The notes under the pieces are model-generated. The model did no database searches and was not told where the DNA came from. It saw only the letters and a program-made list of their open reading frames with translations. A DNA stretch of 54,522 bases, filler included, from Dirinaria sp. TL-2023a (lineage: Eukaryota): NCBI GenBank assembly GCA_051941275.1. It is 3 parts of 3 records of this genome, joined end to end, with 100 filler letters (N's around TTAATTAATTAA, not from the genome) between each part and the next. Parts side by side here need not be neighbours in the genome. Positions count along the whole stretch, not along the records: positions 18,253 to 36,387 come from JAVEBF010000399.1; 2 more parts are not named here. One strand, 5' to 3'. The first letter of the stretch is position 1, and each line of letters starts with the position of its first letter. Shown in pieces: positions 20,127 to 34,057 of this stretch. The position numbers were made by a program, and so were the translations under genes.

Positions 20127-22139
20127 TGTAAAATAAGCGGTTTATTCTGCGAGGATCCTGGCCACGCGGCTCTGGCATTATTAGCTGGTTCGATTTGAAA
20201 ATGTGAAAAAAGAGCATGAAATGCACCGAGGCCGCTCATGCCCCACAAACTCGACAACTCTGGATTGCAGCGGTAGAAGGCGACCCAGAGAACGATTCGA
20301 GCCACCTGGTCTGCGATACGGGATACGTAAAAAAGACTATCATTCCACTGTAGGATAATCTGATCTGGACTGACGGGCTCAATTGATTGTTCGGCTCCGG
20401 CTCTTCGGCTTCCGCAAATAGTGAACGGCACACAATGGCCAGGCAATTATGGAAACCACAAGATAGATCCGACGTGCAATTCATCGATCTGTGGCACGAC
20501 TGACGCTTGGATCCACCATAGAACGAGATGTCCAGGCAACACGGGTATGAGTCGTGCCGCCGCACAAGGAAGGGAAAAGAAGGAAGAAGCGGAAGAGCGA
20601 ACGGAAGTATTGTCGGCCACAGTAACAGTCTAAATGTAAGGTAAAGTATTTTTTGTAAGATATATCATTATTACCACACTTTCGTTCTTCATTCGCCTGG
20701 CTGGCTTCGCATTTCCTCACCCTGATGGCTGGATGGCTAATGATGAACGATGCTCTGGCATCACTATTCATAGGAAGAGTGTGATTGCTCCAGGAGCATG
20801 ATCGTACCAAGACACTTTCTGAAGCCTCCCATTGACCTCATCCTTTCCGACTCCCTTAAGTTTATAATTCTAATTTACGGCAATGATTATTCACTTATTG
20901 AGTAGCCATTCCATCTTCTGATATCGCTAATGGATGACTTCACGGCAAGTCGTATATTTTGGGGAAACACTACTTACGTTTCGTAATATGTCACGAAGCC
21001 TCTATGGAGAAAACTAAATTTTCTGAAACGGACGTTCAGTAGCCGAGTCTTCAGACCAATGTGTGCCTCAACTAAAACACGGTATGCTTTGAAAGTCGTT
21101 GATGAGGACACCGGGGCTATATCCGATCAAGTTGTCTCAGAGCGCTTCAACAAAAATTGAAGACACAAGGTAGTCTTAGGAAGAGCGTATACGCCCCATT
21201 ACAGACGGAGAAAACGACCTATCTTTCTAGTGTCCAGTGTGGTGCGCTTTCCCCAACATGGCTGTCAAATCTTGCGGCCAAGAAATAGTCCTGTTTCTCC
21301 AACTCCAAAAAAGGACTATTACCGCAACTTATTTCATAACACGGCTTGTTTATGGACTGTATCAGCACTGGTGGTCTACGACCGTCATTCTCGTTAAAGC
21401 ATTCTTCCGGATGAAAATTGTAAGCTGCGCGCCATAGCCGCTCCCAGAAAGCGATGGATGTGGATTCCGGTCCAGCCCTTTAGTTTGAATATCCAAGTCT
21501 TTCTCTATTTTCACCCGGCATCGGCATTTTGCAAGACGATTGACAACGTGCTACGTACAATGCAAGACAGCAACAAGCCGCGCAATCTGTGTTGCAGTTA
21601 AGCGCATCAACGTGTGAAGCCCGACACGGAGTACACGAAGCCCGGTTCGAAGTGAAGCCTGCTACTGATGCGTTGGTTGCGAATGACTACGATTGTTGGT
21701 GTCCATAGGACGTCAAGTCCATAGACGATATGGGGCAAGCTAAGTTTATGGAGAAACTTGGTGGTTCAAGCACCAGGCATACGTCTTGAACTCTATGAAG
21801 GCCATGGCTCCATTGCGAAATTCATGTTCGCCCGAGGATTCAAAGACCCCTACTAATATGAACTGTAACATGGAAAAAATGAGAATACGGCGATTTGTTT
21901 CAGCTCGAGCTTGGTTCTCTTGAAGCTATAAATTGAGTAATATGGCTATTGCACAACGAAGTAAATAGAAAATGGGCTGTATTGTCATTGTCCGGTATGC
22001 GCCGGGCCCCATAGAGAGAAACAGTCATATCAGCTGAATTGTCTCAACAACTCTTAGGCCAGGTTCGCCGCTCACAGCGGTAACCCCAGTCTTCTAAAAC
22101 ACGCCAAACGCCTGCCTTCAGCTATCGCCAAAACTTTCC

Positions 22140-23855
22140 CTAGAAGCTTTGTGCAGAGACATTGGCCGGCTATGGTGATTATTAGCACATGAAAAGCTAG
22201 ACACGACAGATGAATCTTACAGGACTGTTGAGTATACTATTTCGCTTGTTGCGGCCTTTCTTGATATGGCTTTTAAGTGCGCTCGAGTCTAAGGGCTTCA
22301 ATAGCTCAAAGCTGCATAGGAGCTCCCCTGACACGGACATCACTGCACCCCAATTGTCAAATTCCCCACAATACTACCCATCGTTAGCGAACCTTCAGTC
22401 CTTTTCCAGTACCGAAAAGCTTACATTTGGAGCTGAGAAAACTGTAACCAGTATGCGGTCATTGAAGAACTCGTACCCGTCTTCTACAACCATGTGTGCT
22501 CTGCACACAAGATCAAAGTCGTGCCTCTGCAAGAATTCCATGATAACCTTCTTGCCGAAACAATAGCTGACTCCTCTCTCGTTAGCTTCCCAATCTGTCT
22601 CCATATCTGCGGGGTCACTCCAAAGAAGGTCATTCAGCAAGCCATAGTCAGGAACGTCTGTCGGTCGTGCAATCTGCCGTATGTCATCCATGTGTTTCAG
22701 ACTTGGCGAGAGCCCTCCATGAACACAGAAGATTTTTCCTGCAACAATAGAAGCGATCGGCAAGCAATTAAAGGTGTCCACAAAAGTCTTCCATATCTTG
22801 ATATTGCATCTTCGCTTACATTCATCATAAAATCCATATACCCTTGTCACATTGGCGCACTCATGGTTACCCCTGAGGAGGAAGAAATTCTCCGGGAACT
22901 TCAGCTTGTAACAGAACAGTAATAGGATAGTCTCTAGGCTTTGCTTTCCTCTATCCACATAGTCACCAAGGAAGAGGAAGTTCGCATTTGGTGGAAATCC
23001 ACACATCTCGAACATTCTGATTAGGTCAGTGTATTGACCGTGCACATCGCCAACTATTTTGACCGGAGCCGAAAGCTCGAGTAGGGCAGGCTGGGATAGA
23101 AGGACCTCACGAACAGCAGTGCATATTGCCGTTATTTCGGCGTTTTTCAAGCACACCGCCTTTGTAATCTTCGTCGAGTACCCTGCATCAAGTAGTCGGG
23201 TGATCATGTCGTCCAATTCTGTCGAGCCTAACTTCTCAATCTCCATTCCTGGGGAACTTGCACGCTCCTCCTCTCTCGCTTTTCGCGCCTTTTTGCTTTC
23301 AGGAGCTCGCGGATTGATCATATTGTCTCTTTTGATTAGAATTGATTCTTTGGGCTGTTCATTATGTGATGGATGTAATGCGCCTTTGGGGGGGGCATCA
23401 GAAACGTGGTCAACTTCTCCCTGCTGTTGTGCCTTACTCACCGCACTGTGGCCTTGACCAACAGACGGCGATAGAGTGGGAGACGGAGGCGCAGCCGGCG
23501 ACCCTGTACGTGCAGGGGTAGGGATATCTGCCTCATCTACGATAGATGGAGGGACCTTTTGGGACGCAGCTTTGCCTTTCGAGTCATTCGCCTTTTCGCC
23601 TGCATCAGTCCGCTCCTCAGCCGCATTGCTACCCTCTACTTGTGAGAAGGACGATCGGGGACTGTCTGACTTTGATGTTCCAGGGATCTTGGACCGGATA
23701 GAGCCTCTGAACGAGCGCGACGATTCCTTTGTGTCGGACTTGCTAAACGAAGGGTAGGCTTGCAGCTTGTCCCCTAATGACCGATCTAAAGAAGTTGAAG
23801 AGGCATTTCTTGAGGACCTTGAGCCTTCGCGATCCTTCGATGGCTGCTGGCCCAT
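22140..23855 (-). CDS. PPZ1: Ser/Thr protein phosphatase Z, ~537 aa; exons 23855-22425, 22373-22221, 22169-22140
   Basis: PPP motifs GDVHG, GDYVDRG, RGNHE and SAPNYCGEFDN. Long Ser-rich N-terminus starting MGQQPS (myristoylation-type). Confidence 0.95.
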
Positions 23856-25187
23856 GCTATACCCCTACACTGGCGCCGAGAGCAAGGAGAGATAGAGATC
23901 GCCGCCGCGCGGACACACAGGGTTCCTTGAAGCTAGGAAAATCGTTTATCAGGAATGTTTCCAGAGCTGAAAGCGCGGGAGGACAGGATGTGAATGTAGC
24001 TAGCGATGATCGATCAGACGCTATGGTATATGAAGACTAAGAGACAATCGGGAGAAGTGTTAGGGAGGATCGAAGAGGATGAACAGGTAGCACAACAACC
24101 GACTGTCAACTAAAGACCATGAGCTTGCTCTGCAAGTCTGTTCAGGCTTTAGCACGTCCACAGAAGCAGTTCGAGTGTAAAGATCGTGGCCCGAGTCCCC
24201 AGGCGAGATCGTGTCCAGTAAAAAGCCAGCCAGGATCGACGACGTATACTGGTGGCTTGTCGCAAGCCAGTATATGTCTTCACGCTTACAAGTTTTGGAA
24301 ATTTTCCCCAGGGGTTAGGGCCAAAGTTGCAGCCAGTCGTACTGACTCTACGCACTTGATTCCAGTTTGCTTCTCCAGATAACGTGTCGCCAACAGAAGA
24401 TCGATTGTGTTCGGGATGCGATAGCAAGGAGCAGGATAAGCCGCTCGAATACTAAGTACGGAGCGATAGCAACCGATGTTGGCGTGAAGAAACCTGCCTG
24501 TGCTGCCTTGGAGAGCAAGCAAGAGAGAATCGGTTACCAAGAAAGGTACAGCTGGAGGTGAGTATTTTTGCGTATGGGACCCGGGATTGCTGGTATCTAG
24601 GTAGTATGTCGTGAACCGAGAGGGCGGAAGACGGAGTTGCGCTGATGGACGGGGAGCAATACCTAAGACATACCAAGGCAAGGTACCTACAGAGTAGTGT
24701 TTAGTACCGTTCCTTATATGGTATCTCAGGTACTTTTAAGGTATGTACTGTAGGTAAGGTATGGAGGTAGTAGGATCTGGGCACTTCGAGGCTAGACCGC
24801 GTTTGATAGCTGGCTTATTTAAGCTTTCTGCTGAAGAATCCAAGTGGAAGCCAATCAGCGAAATACCATAAGGCTCTGACGCTGCGATCTCTCATCTATG
24901 GCATTTCACACACGCAAATAAGAGGTAGTGGCTAGAGTAAGTTGACATTCTATTTTGAGAGTAAGCTATCAAAGGTCCCATAGAAGTAAGAGCTCAGTAA
25001 ATGTGATTATCTTCCATTAATTACGTATATCCAGGATGCCCCCCAGTGAAGAGTCAAAACAAAGACAGCTCCAGCCGCTTCACACCATCGGCTCCCCATA
25101 GCGGCGGACATCTTTGGTGACCGATGAGTCTGACCGCTTTGTTTACAATTAGGTAAGTTTTTGATTACATAGGCCATCCTATATCAA

Positions 25188-25539
25188 TCACGATTCCTCG
25201 GCTTCAATCTTCGTGATGTGGTTTCCCGGAACCACGATTAGCCCGAGAAAACGGCTCGTCATGTCGACTTTCAGTGTCCTCAGTGGCAACGTAGTCGATT
25301 TCGGAGACGCTTGTTGAAGAACACTGTGCATGGGATACCGATATTCGTATGCCTGTGAGAGGATAATGTTACAATCCTGTGCTTCTTAAGCTTTCAGAAG
25401 TAACTGGCCTTTCAATTACGGAGCTTACGCTGTCAGTACATTTGAAGTCACCGATAAACATGCGAGTGTCCGTTGTATGAAGACGTAGTTGCTTCCCCAA
25501 AAGTGATCCTAGGTATTCCACTGCTCTCTCGTTGTCCAT
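25188..25539 (-). CDS. LSM-domain protein, NatC auxiliary subunit Mak31/Naa38-like, 99 aa; exons 25539-25429, 25376-25188
   Basis: Sm1 motif LRLHTTDTRMFIGDFKCTD..DCNIILS and Sm2 motif RFLGLIVVPGNHITKIE. Confidence 0.85.
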
Positions 25540-26086
25540 TCTCCTGGAATTCGTTGATCCGGGCTTGTAATAATGAGCATCAAGCCCCTGCTTCATTATT
25601 ACTTGCTACGGCAAGACGGGAGCATGATTACTTAATCGATACTCCCACGTGACTTAGTTACTCCCGCGCCCCGAATCCAGGTACCAACTGGTGCAGAACT
25701 GATGGATCACCTTACTACCGTACCTAGGTAAGTATTCTACCTAGGGTACAAAGGTATGGCCTCAAGTAGGTAAAGAGCCAACGCCGGCATGGGCTCAACC
25801 TGACATTCTGATTCAAGTCAATATTCTCGATGGATGGCTGGTATGGCCGTCTTACCGAATTTTGAACCGCACCGTAGGCTCAGTAATGCCAAAAGGGGGA
25901 TGTTGCCAGCTTCTGCTCCTAAAAGAAAAATTATACGTGCCTGATGGCGTGGTACAAATACTTTTGATGCTCAAGTCCATTGTTGATTACTTCACGCCAA
26001 TTCAGTCTTACCTCGAACCTCTATCTTTCCTTCACTTTGCTCAAGCTTTCACTATGTAAGCTCTAAATGAATCATTTTCCAATCTA

Positions 26087-27815
26087 ATGACTGTAGTTCC
26101 TACGGCTCCGTCGAGCCCCAGCATAGAAATTGGTGACGAATCAGGAAGCTCGAGATGGCCATGTGATTACAGCGCGGTGACAAGATGTCGCACACACAAC
26201 TGGACGGCGGAGAATAAGATTCCCCTATGTGTCCTAAAAAAATTCTACGATGTTGTGTGGACAGCGACCACAGCCATCTCTGATGCTATTTTTAAGGAAC
26301 AATGGACATATAGCAAAGACTTGAGTGGAGAGGTTCTCACGAGCATGTTATATCAACTACAAAGAGATGCGTATAATAGCTCAGGACAGTGGACTTCTCT
26401 TCGACGAGCTCTCGAAGAGCAAGCCTACAAATTTTGTCTGGAAATGATTAAGAAGTCGTTAAATCGCGAAATAATTTCGTCGGACGTACAGGGAATAAGG
26501 GTTCGACGAGTTTGATTTCTTCAAAAGTTCCGAGCATGAGGTTGCATCTATCGAAGAAATAGATTGACAAGAAATATCCGGATTATTGAGTCCTCCGTCC
26601 TCAGCGCGAAAGCAACCTGCAATATCAAAGTCAGTACCCAGATCAGCTTTCAAAGCCTACAGCTCCCAGAGCATGGGTATGAATTCGGACTATTTTCGCG
26701 CGGGACTATTTGTGGCGTAGAAAGTAATACAAATGCAGCCGCCATTACAAAGTTTAGAATATAGAGGCCGTGCAACACGACACACTAGCCGTCTTCAGAC
26801 CGGTGTAATTCCTTTCATTAGTGTATCTGTCAACTTGGTTCGTTGTATACATCACGCCTGCGAAAAGTATACTTGTCTTTGTGACCACAGTCATCAATCG
26901 AGAAGAAGTAGATGCTGATATTAGCAATTTGATCAATCTGACAACTTCCAGCATTGCCTTAATCGATTTGCATCAAGTATTAGAGTCTACGAAAGCTGGT
27001 AAGCTGTCAAGAGTCGAATGGGTGGATGAACTTATGCTTGATACTGGACATGTCTTTCAAGGAAAAGATTAGAGATTCTCTTGCTTTGCATAACAACCAT
27101 AAACTCCGAGTGACAGCTCGAAGCCTTCTCGGATTATACGCTAGTTCTGCTTCGTGCTTCAGGAGAGCTGCTCATCTGGGGTGAAATCGAAAAGGATGCT
27201 GTCATAATGAGTTGATCCCTTCGGGAGATTTTGGTAAAATGTTTCCTGGACGGCTCCTTTATATCCGCTCAAACAAATTTGAGTCTCGAAGCCTGTATGG
27301 TAACTCGATGTTGACTGACCTAGCCCTCGATGCCCACAATTGAAGGCTATCAAGATCCTTGGAGCTTGAATCTTTTCTCAGCAAGTTCAATCGGAGCTAT
27401 ACGAGAAAAATGCAACCTTTGTCATTCTTAATGGGCAAGGCTTTTAGGTCGTTGGCGCGGGTGAGAAGGGTTATCTCCTCTCACGCAATTCATCTTCTCT
27501 CGACTGGTGAGATACTATCTTCAGTTGTGCCTTCAAGATATACTTCAACATATGCTGAAGCTGCTTTGAAAGCTGTTGCTGACATTACGGATCCTCAGTC
27601 CTTCGATACTCCGTGCGATGCGCTGGAAGACTTCATTTGCCATGTTGTTAGAGATTGGCGCTTCGGACACTGGACCTCATTGTCTCACAACCACATCTTC
27701 ATGGACGGAGTTCAGCGTGGCTATAAGCTTGATGCCCCACGTCATGGTTGAGCCTCTGGACAGGTTCTGGAAGAGCCTTCAAGATTTCGTAGGGTTCAAC
27801 GAGCGTGACAGGTGA
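26087..27815 (+). pseudogene. Probable degraded gene of unknown family (successive + strand ORF fragments in shifting frames)
   Basis: Protein-like fragments at 26087-26515, 26564-26764, 26821-27072, 27359-27751 and 27576-27815. I could not join them with clear introns. Confidence 0.4.
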
Positions 27816-28278
27816 TCATCTCTTCTGCACCGCCTAAGGCCAATCATTGGGGAATTGTTCGTTGGCCAGTATGATCTCAACACCTGTACTGAGTTCTCAA
27901 GGCTTCCCCCAACTCATTAAAAGCTGGGGAGCGACACGACATTATTCCGCGCAGCAAAAACTTAGTTATGATTGCCCTGAGCGTAAGGATATTGTCCTGT
28001 GCCAGCATGGTAGGTGATTACAAGTAAGGGGACAATGGCGTCGAGACCTACAACGAATCGTACCATCCCTGTCTTAAGCCCCAATTGTATTATCTCTGCT
28101 GCTTGGCAAAAAATACCTTACAGTATTTGAAATCACTTTTGCATGCTAGGGAAATTGACAGAAAAGCTGCAGCAACCCCTATCATTGGCTTTAAAAAGCT
28201 GCTACAATGTGCTGGACCACGCCCGATGCATATTGTTCCACAAGTAGAAAACAATCAATTTCCGCATTGCGACCTGGC

Positions 28279-28900
28279 CTAAAACCGAGAAAATGCCTTG
28301 ACTGCCTTGCCAGTGCGGGGAAGGACACGCAGAACATTGAAGCGGACCTAGATTGTCGATGATTAGGCTCAAAATTCTCTCACATACCTAATATTGAAGC
28401 GCATGGCACATACCGTCTTGCTTAATGGCCGACATTGACCGACCGTGACTTGATCCCCTTCCTCCACTCGAAAAGCGGGCGAGACGTGTGCTGCTAGATT
28501 CTTATGTCTCTTCTCGTATCTTGAGTACTTGGGGATGAAATGAAGGTATTCGCGACGAATGACGAGGGTTCGGTGCATTTTAGTAGAGACGACAGTTCCA
28601 GTGAGAATTCGGCCACGGATCGAGACCTCGCCAGTAAAAGGACACTTCTTATCTGCAATCCAGAATTAGCCATACAGGTAAAGATTATTGGGTCCTGCAG
28701 GAGAAAGAGCGCTACATGCCGATATATGTGCCCTCAATGGCAGTCTTTGGCGTCCTAAAGCCAAGCCCAACGTCTTTGAACCATCGACGTCCGCCCTTCC
28801 CTGCTCTCGTGCTCTTGGCTCTCTTCGCTTTCGAGTTCACAAAGATATGCGGCTGCTTCTGGAAAGCCCGCTCGGATTGTACTGTCAACTCGGTTGCCAT
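28279..28900 (-). CDS. RPS11: 40S ribosomal protein S11 (uS17), 162 aa; exons 28900-28720, 28652-28414, 28347-28279
   Basis: [38 protein letters not shown] and [15 protein letters not shown]. The first intron is GC-AG. Confidence 0.97.
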
Positions 28901-29133
28901 TTTCGTGGTAAGTCGCAGCCGCTGTTACTAATTAATCATATGGAAGACTTCAAGTGTGGGAGGACGGAACTTAGCCTTTCTCGCTTAATTCAAAGTTGGC
29001 TAGCCATTTCTGGACTAGGGAAATTCTCAATCACGTGCCTTGGTGTTTATCAAGCATCGCGCTAGTGGGAAAACCAAAACAAACACCAAGCACTGACTTC
29101 TGCGGCGGTTTGATAGACTACATAATCAACGTC

Positions 29134-32100
29134 ATGGACGATGTACAGAGCACTCGAGGAGCTTATGCCCGCCATCGAGCGCGTAAGTCAATCGCGCACA
29201 TACCGATGTCTGACACAAGTGGCGACCAAGAAAACCTAGCTGCTCATAGCGCTGGGACCATTGGATTAACGGCACAAGGCAGAGCCAGCATCAGTAGAGT
29301 TCGCAGCAAGAGTATGGGACCCGGAGAATTGGAATCGCTGCGAGACGGTTCAGGCAATGGGCAGAAGGTAACTCAGAGACACCGTTGTCAGCATAGAAAG
29401 CTGAGCATCTGATCATAAACAGTCTCCGGCTATACATCAATATAAGTCGATTTTGAAACCGCTAAACCCAGTGTCTCCCCCGAAGGCGGTCCCATCACAA
29501 AAGCTCAATCGGAATCAATCACCCAGAGGAACCAAACAGACGGTAAGCCACGATGGGTCAAGGGCCGGATTCTTAATCAATACTTCTGCGCCGACGGAGA
29601 GCGATAGTAATCGTCTGCCGAGTCCTCGGAAAACTTCAGCTGTACCCGTTGCAGCAACATTCAATCACACCGAGAAACAAGATCATTCACGTGTGGCTGT
29701 ACGTACTGAGGAGGAACAACAAGCGGCTGCGAAGGAGCGTGAGCGACAGGAGATAGCAGCCCGTAGAGATGCACGTCGAAAATCACTCGGTAAGTAGAAT
29801 GAAGAAGTGTTTATTTGCCTTATGGCAGGCCTGGTCAGGCGTCAAGATGTTCTGTCTTTAGTACAGTCTGAGATCCCTAATACAACCGCTGACGATGCAT
29901 AGCAAATCGGAGAGTCTCCTTCGCCCCTGAAGCTACTCTTCACACCTGGGATGTGGTAGAGATGCCAGAGGACTCAACTACGTCATCGGCGTCTACAAAT
30001 GCCACTCGAAGGGCATCCAGTTTATCAACTGCCGCGGCTTCCCCATACCCGCAGCCTGGCTTCCCCGTCTTAAGTTCGGATGCGGCCGAGGACCCTCCAA
30101 CACCAGTCATGCAAGAAGAACAGGTTCAAGTCAATGCTTCTCCGGCCCATCAACGCAATCTGCATCAAACGAAGCGCCGTCGGATTTCTGGCATTCCTCC
30201 CATGAATTTCAACAATCCAGATGATTTTTCTTCTAGCCCCTACAGTGGAGATTCTGCCAACAGCGACGAGGCTGGCGGTACGTTTATGGCTGATCAAGAG
30301 TTAGCTAGCTCGTCAGACTCCGATGATAAAGACCTCGTCGAAGATGAGACTATTACAGGTGTTGATAGCGAAGATGTAACGAGTAGGTCGAATGGCAGCT
30401 TTAGTACAGGATCGAGCGGAAGGCTTGAGGAAGCCCTTCGACAGGCAGCACGACAGGCAGGGACACAGGGTATTGAGTTTGATGAGAATGGTGATGTTAC
30501 CATGGAGATGGCCGATGATGAAGTCACTACTGCGTTCAGACCTGAGGTCGGCGACGATACCAAAGTATTTGAAGTTGACGGCAAACACAAAGAACCTCAA
30601 AGGCCACAGAACATAGATCAATTCTTGCTAGCGTCTCCAGCGACAATCAACGCTAGCGCTACAGGTGAAAGTGAACAGACCATGGAATTCACACGAGCCA
30701 TCGGCAAAATTCTACAACCTGATCGCATAGTCTCGGAATCTTCAGACCCAACTTCGTATAAGGGTCGTACTACGGATCGACACAGGAGCAATATCACGCG
30801 CCGTAGATCTTCAAGTTCAAGCTCCGATCATGGTGGCGGAGTCATGGACCCAGCGGTGGGAGGTACTGGCCCCATTGAGAAGCCATTCAAAGTGCCGCAG
30901 TTTGTTGGACCCCCACTTAATGACGAGGAAGAGCTGACAATGGACATTACTACTGCGATAGGCGGCATTCTGAGCAATGATCATCCAAACCGTCTTCGCA
31001 CAAGCGATTTGTCAATGTGCGATGACGAAGAAATGGACGTGACGGTTGCGGTTGGTGCAATACTGCCTAACATTACAGAATCTACGGAGCCTGCTGCAGA
31101 TGAAACTATGGGTATGGACATTACCGTGGCCACTGGCGCGATCTTACCGAAGCAACTCAGTGCTACAAACCAAGGTCGGATTACGAAATGTCTGCAAAAA
31201 GACTCGAACAATAGCCGGCCCTCGGAACCATCAAAATACGATAAAAACAGCAAGCAGGCCCCTTCAAGAACCGACGTCTCTGAGCCGCGAGTGCCTGAGC
31301 TTGTTAGAACCACTGCATCAGAAACTGGTAGTCCAAGCCTTGTTATTACCGAAGGTAGAAACAGCAAAAAAAAGAATACTGTTCCAAGACAGTCTATGAC
31401 CCCTAAGACGACGCCCAGGCGATCCACACCGCTGAAGAAACCTGCAACTCCATCCAAACAATCAACGCTAAAGGCTGTTAAGCCGACGACACCGGGTAAA
31501 ACTCCACCTCCTAAAAATGTATCGCTGCGGACAGGATCACCGAAGAAGCTTTTTACAACTCAGATTGAGAAAGCTGCTGCAAACTCGGTTACCGAGACCT
31601 CCGGTTCTGATAAAAGTCAGACAGTCGACGTCATCGCTGATCCGAATACCATAGACAAAACTCACGTAAGAAGACTTTCGGGGTTAGGTGTGGATAGGAC
31701 TGGCATGGGATCGCCCCGGGTCTCAGCGTTGCTCGATGCGCGTGGCTCTATTGGTGACGATGCTGAGCCATTCGTCGCCGGTAAGCGTTTAAAAGCAGAT
31801 ATTCGCTTTGCAGATCCTCAGATCGTTCAAGAAGATGCTGAGCAAGAACTCTCGGAGGAGGTAGGGCGCCAAAGTGGACGTAGGATTCTTCAGAAAGAAG
31901 TCGATGAACAGGATCTGGAAGTGGAGAAAGATGCTACGTCAGACCTTAAGGGAAAGATAGAAAGTCTAACACCACAGAAAAAGAAGAAAAGTAAGCTTAG
32001 CGGCCGCAAAAGTCTCCATGTTGGGACTGCGAAAGGAGTTCTCGGTAAACGTCCTGCAGAGCTTGACGAAGTTGAAGATGAAGACGAGAGCACACCAAAA

Positions 32101-34057
32101 CGTCTGAGAGGTATGGGAGGTAGTCCAGTCAAGGAAATCAAGCTGCCAGCTCCACCTTTGAATGTCGCCACCAACGGCCGCATTACACGTTCCACGAGGG
32201 TCAGTTTGGGTGAGATCGGAGCCAACGCGCGTCCAAGTACGCCATCACAGAGCGCTTCGCCTGCCAAGAGTAATCGTATTACCACGCCGAGGGATCAGTC
32301 TCGTTATAAGAACGTCAAGGCAGGTGCTAGTTTGTCCCCAGTCAAAATCTCGATGACTGGCACCAATGGCCACATCGAGCCAATTGCTGAGCCTTCGGCC
32401 GGGGAAGACCGCATTCGTCTACAAGACTTCTTGAACCTCACGAGTATCCGCTTTATGGATCTGACCACGACGAAGAGACGACACACACTTGCGCCGAATT
32501 GCTCGTTCGAGAGCAGTGCACAAAATGATAGACTCAACGAAACAAATGGTTCAGTAGAAGACGCCGACTCTGGGCTCGAAGTCTGTATAGTTGCTGGTAC
32601 ATGTACACTTCCTTTGCTCGACCTTTACCAACATGTAAGAAAATTGACCCTGTGCAAAATATACAACTACTGACATTAACCATAGTCTTGTCGAGAACTC
32701 AAGAAATATATCACAGAAGGTCGAGGTATTGTACGAGAAATCGAAGAAGAAACCTTTGACGAGAACCCCCCACTGTTCTACGAATATATCTCAGCATTGC
32801 CCGAGGTCAAGTGTGTCATGGATAACCAATTTAAGAACGTTAAGACCCACGCAAGGCTACTGAGTAAAGCCATGTGGTACGAATGGCGTATGAAGTTGCT
32901 GGACGGTCTGAAAGAAGGTCTCGTGAAAACAGGCGAAGGAATAGAAGAAGACGCCGTAGTGTTGGCTCAACAAGAGCAACTAATTCGTGCTGTGCTACCA
33001 AACTTGGTAACAGAGAGTGACGAGCTTGAAGCAGAAGCACGAGATCTGCAAGCACGCGCCAATGATTTAGCAGACTGTGACCAAGAGGAGCTCGGAGACG
33101 CCAGAAGTAACCTGGTTGCTGTAGAGGAGGAGGCTATCGCCAAGCGTAAGATGGCTGAAGATCTGCAAAGTCAGCTAGCACGAAGAGAAAAAGAGTTAGA
33201 CAAAGTCAGCGAGAGACGGCACGAGTGTATCTTACGGATCCAGGAAGCCGAGAAAATGAAGAAAGACAGTCAGGGTTGGAACCCGTCCCAAGTCAACTCA
33301 TTACAAGGTACGTCCGCTCTCTCTCTTGGCTTTGTGTACCTTAAAGCTAACCATCTTGACAGTTGGGGTTACTGCGTTGGAGCGAGAGCACGGATGGACG
33401 ATCGTCTCAGCCACTGACACATTCTTGATAATGGCCTACAAGGGCACTTTGCAGCTTCATTTTATGCCTCAATCGTTCCAACACAGACACGGCAACCGGA
33501 GAGCTGCACCTCCGCATGCTAACTCACCCATCAGCCTTACTTACATTGCCGATGCACATGAGCATCATTCTCACCCTTTGACTACGGAGAAACGTTTCTT
33601 TCTGCAGATTATGCGTGCTCAGCTCCAGTTCGTTGAACAGAGCAAAGTTCCAATACATCGGGTCTTGGAGTTTGTGAGCAATAGCTGGGAGGAAGCGTGC
33701 CACATCGCCAACGAATCTCGTCTTCTAGGAGTACAGTATCTCACAACATCTATGATTCTGTCCGACGAAACTATGGCCATAAGGTCTGCGGTGCTCCTCA
33801 GAGCAATCAAGACTAAAATCGATGTCCAATTTGAGATCACTTGCCGCTGTGGGGATGGCGTGGAAGGGATCGAAGTTATCGTAAAGCCGAGTGCCCTAGT
33901 GGTATACGGTGAGGAGCTAAATATGAAGAAAATGGGTGATTATTTGAAGCAGAGAATGGGTCACGGGGATCATGGTAAAGACAGGGACGGAGTTCGTTGG
34001 GTGAATGCAATCAATGGGTTGAAGGAGCACTTTGCCACCAGGAGAAAGAAGTCTTGA
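29134..34057 (+). CDS. SPC105: Kinetochore scaffold Spc105/Spc7/KNL1; exons 29134-29367, 29423-29789, 29903-32634, 32686-33307, 33363-34057
   Basis: PP1-docking SILK and RRVSF motifs, MELT-like repeats (MEFT, MDIT, MDVT, MDIT), and C-terminal LQDFLNLTSIRF, SCRELKKYI and WYEWRMKLL followed by a coiled coil. Confidence 0.93.

Noticed and set aside
20127..22139. Telomerase RNA in the 2-kb gap between convergent genes
   Set aside because: I found no TAACCCTAA-type template on either strand. A non-standard telomere repeat cannot be excluded.
22210..24040. Antisense ORFs over PPZ1 (and similar ones over ATG3, SPC105, ERG12, SltA and the NUFIP1-like gene)
   Set aside because: They are shadow frames of well-supported genes on the other strand and have no motifs of their own.
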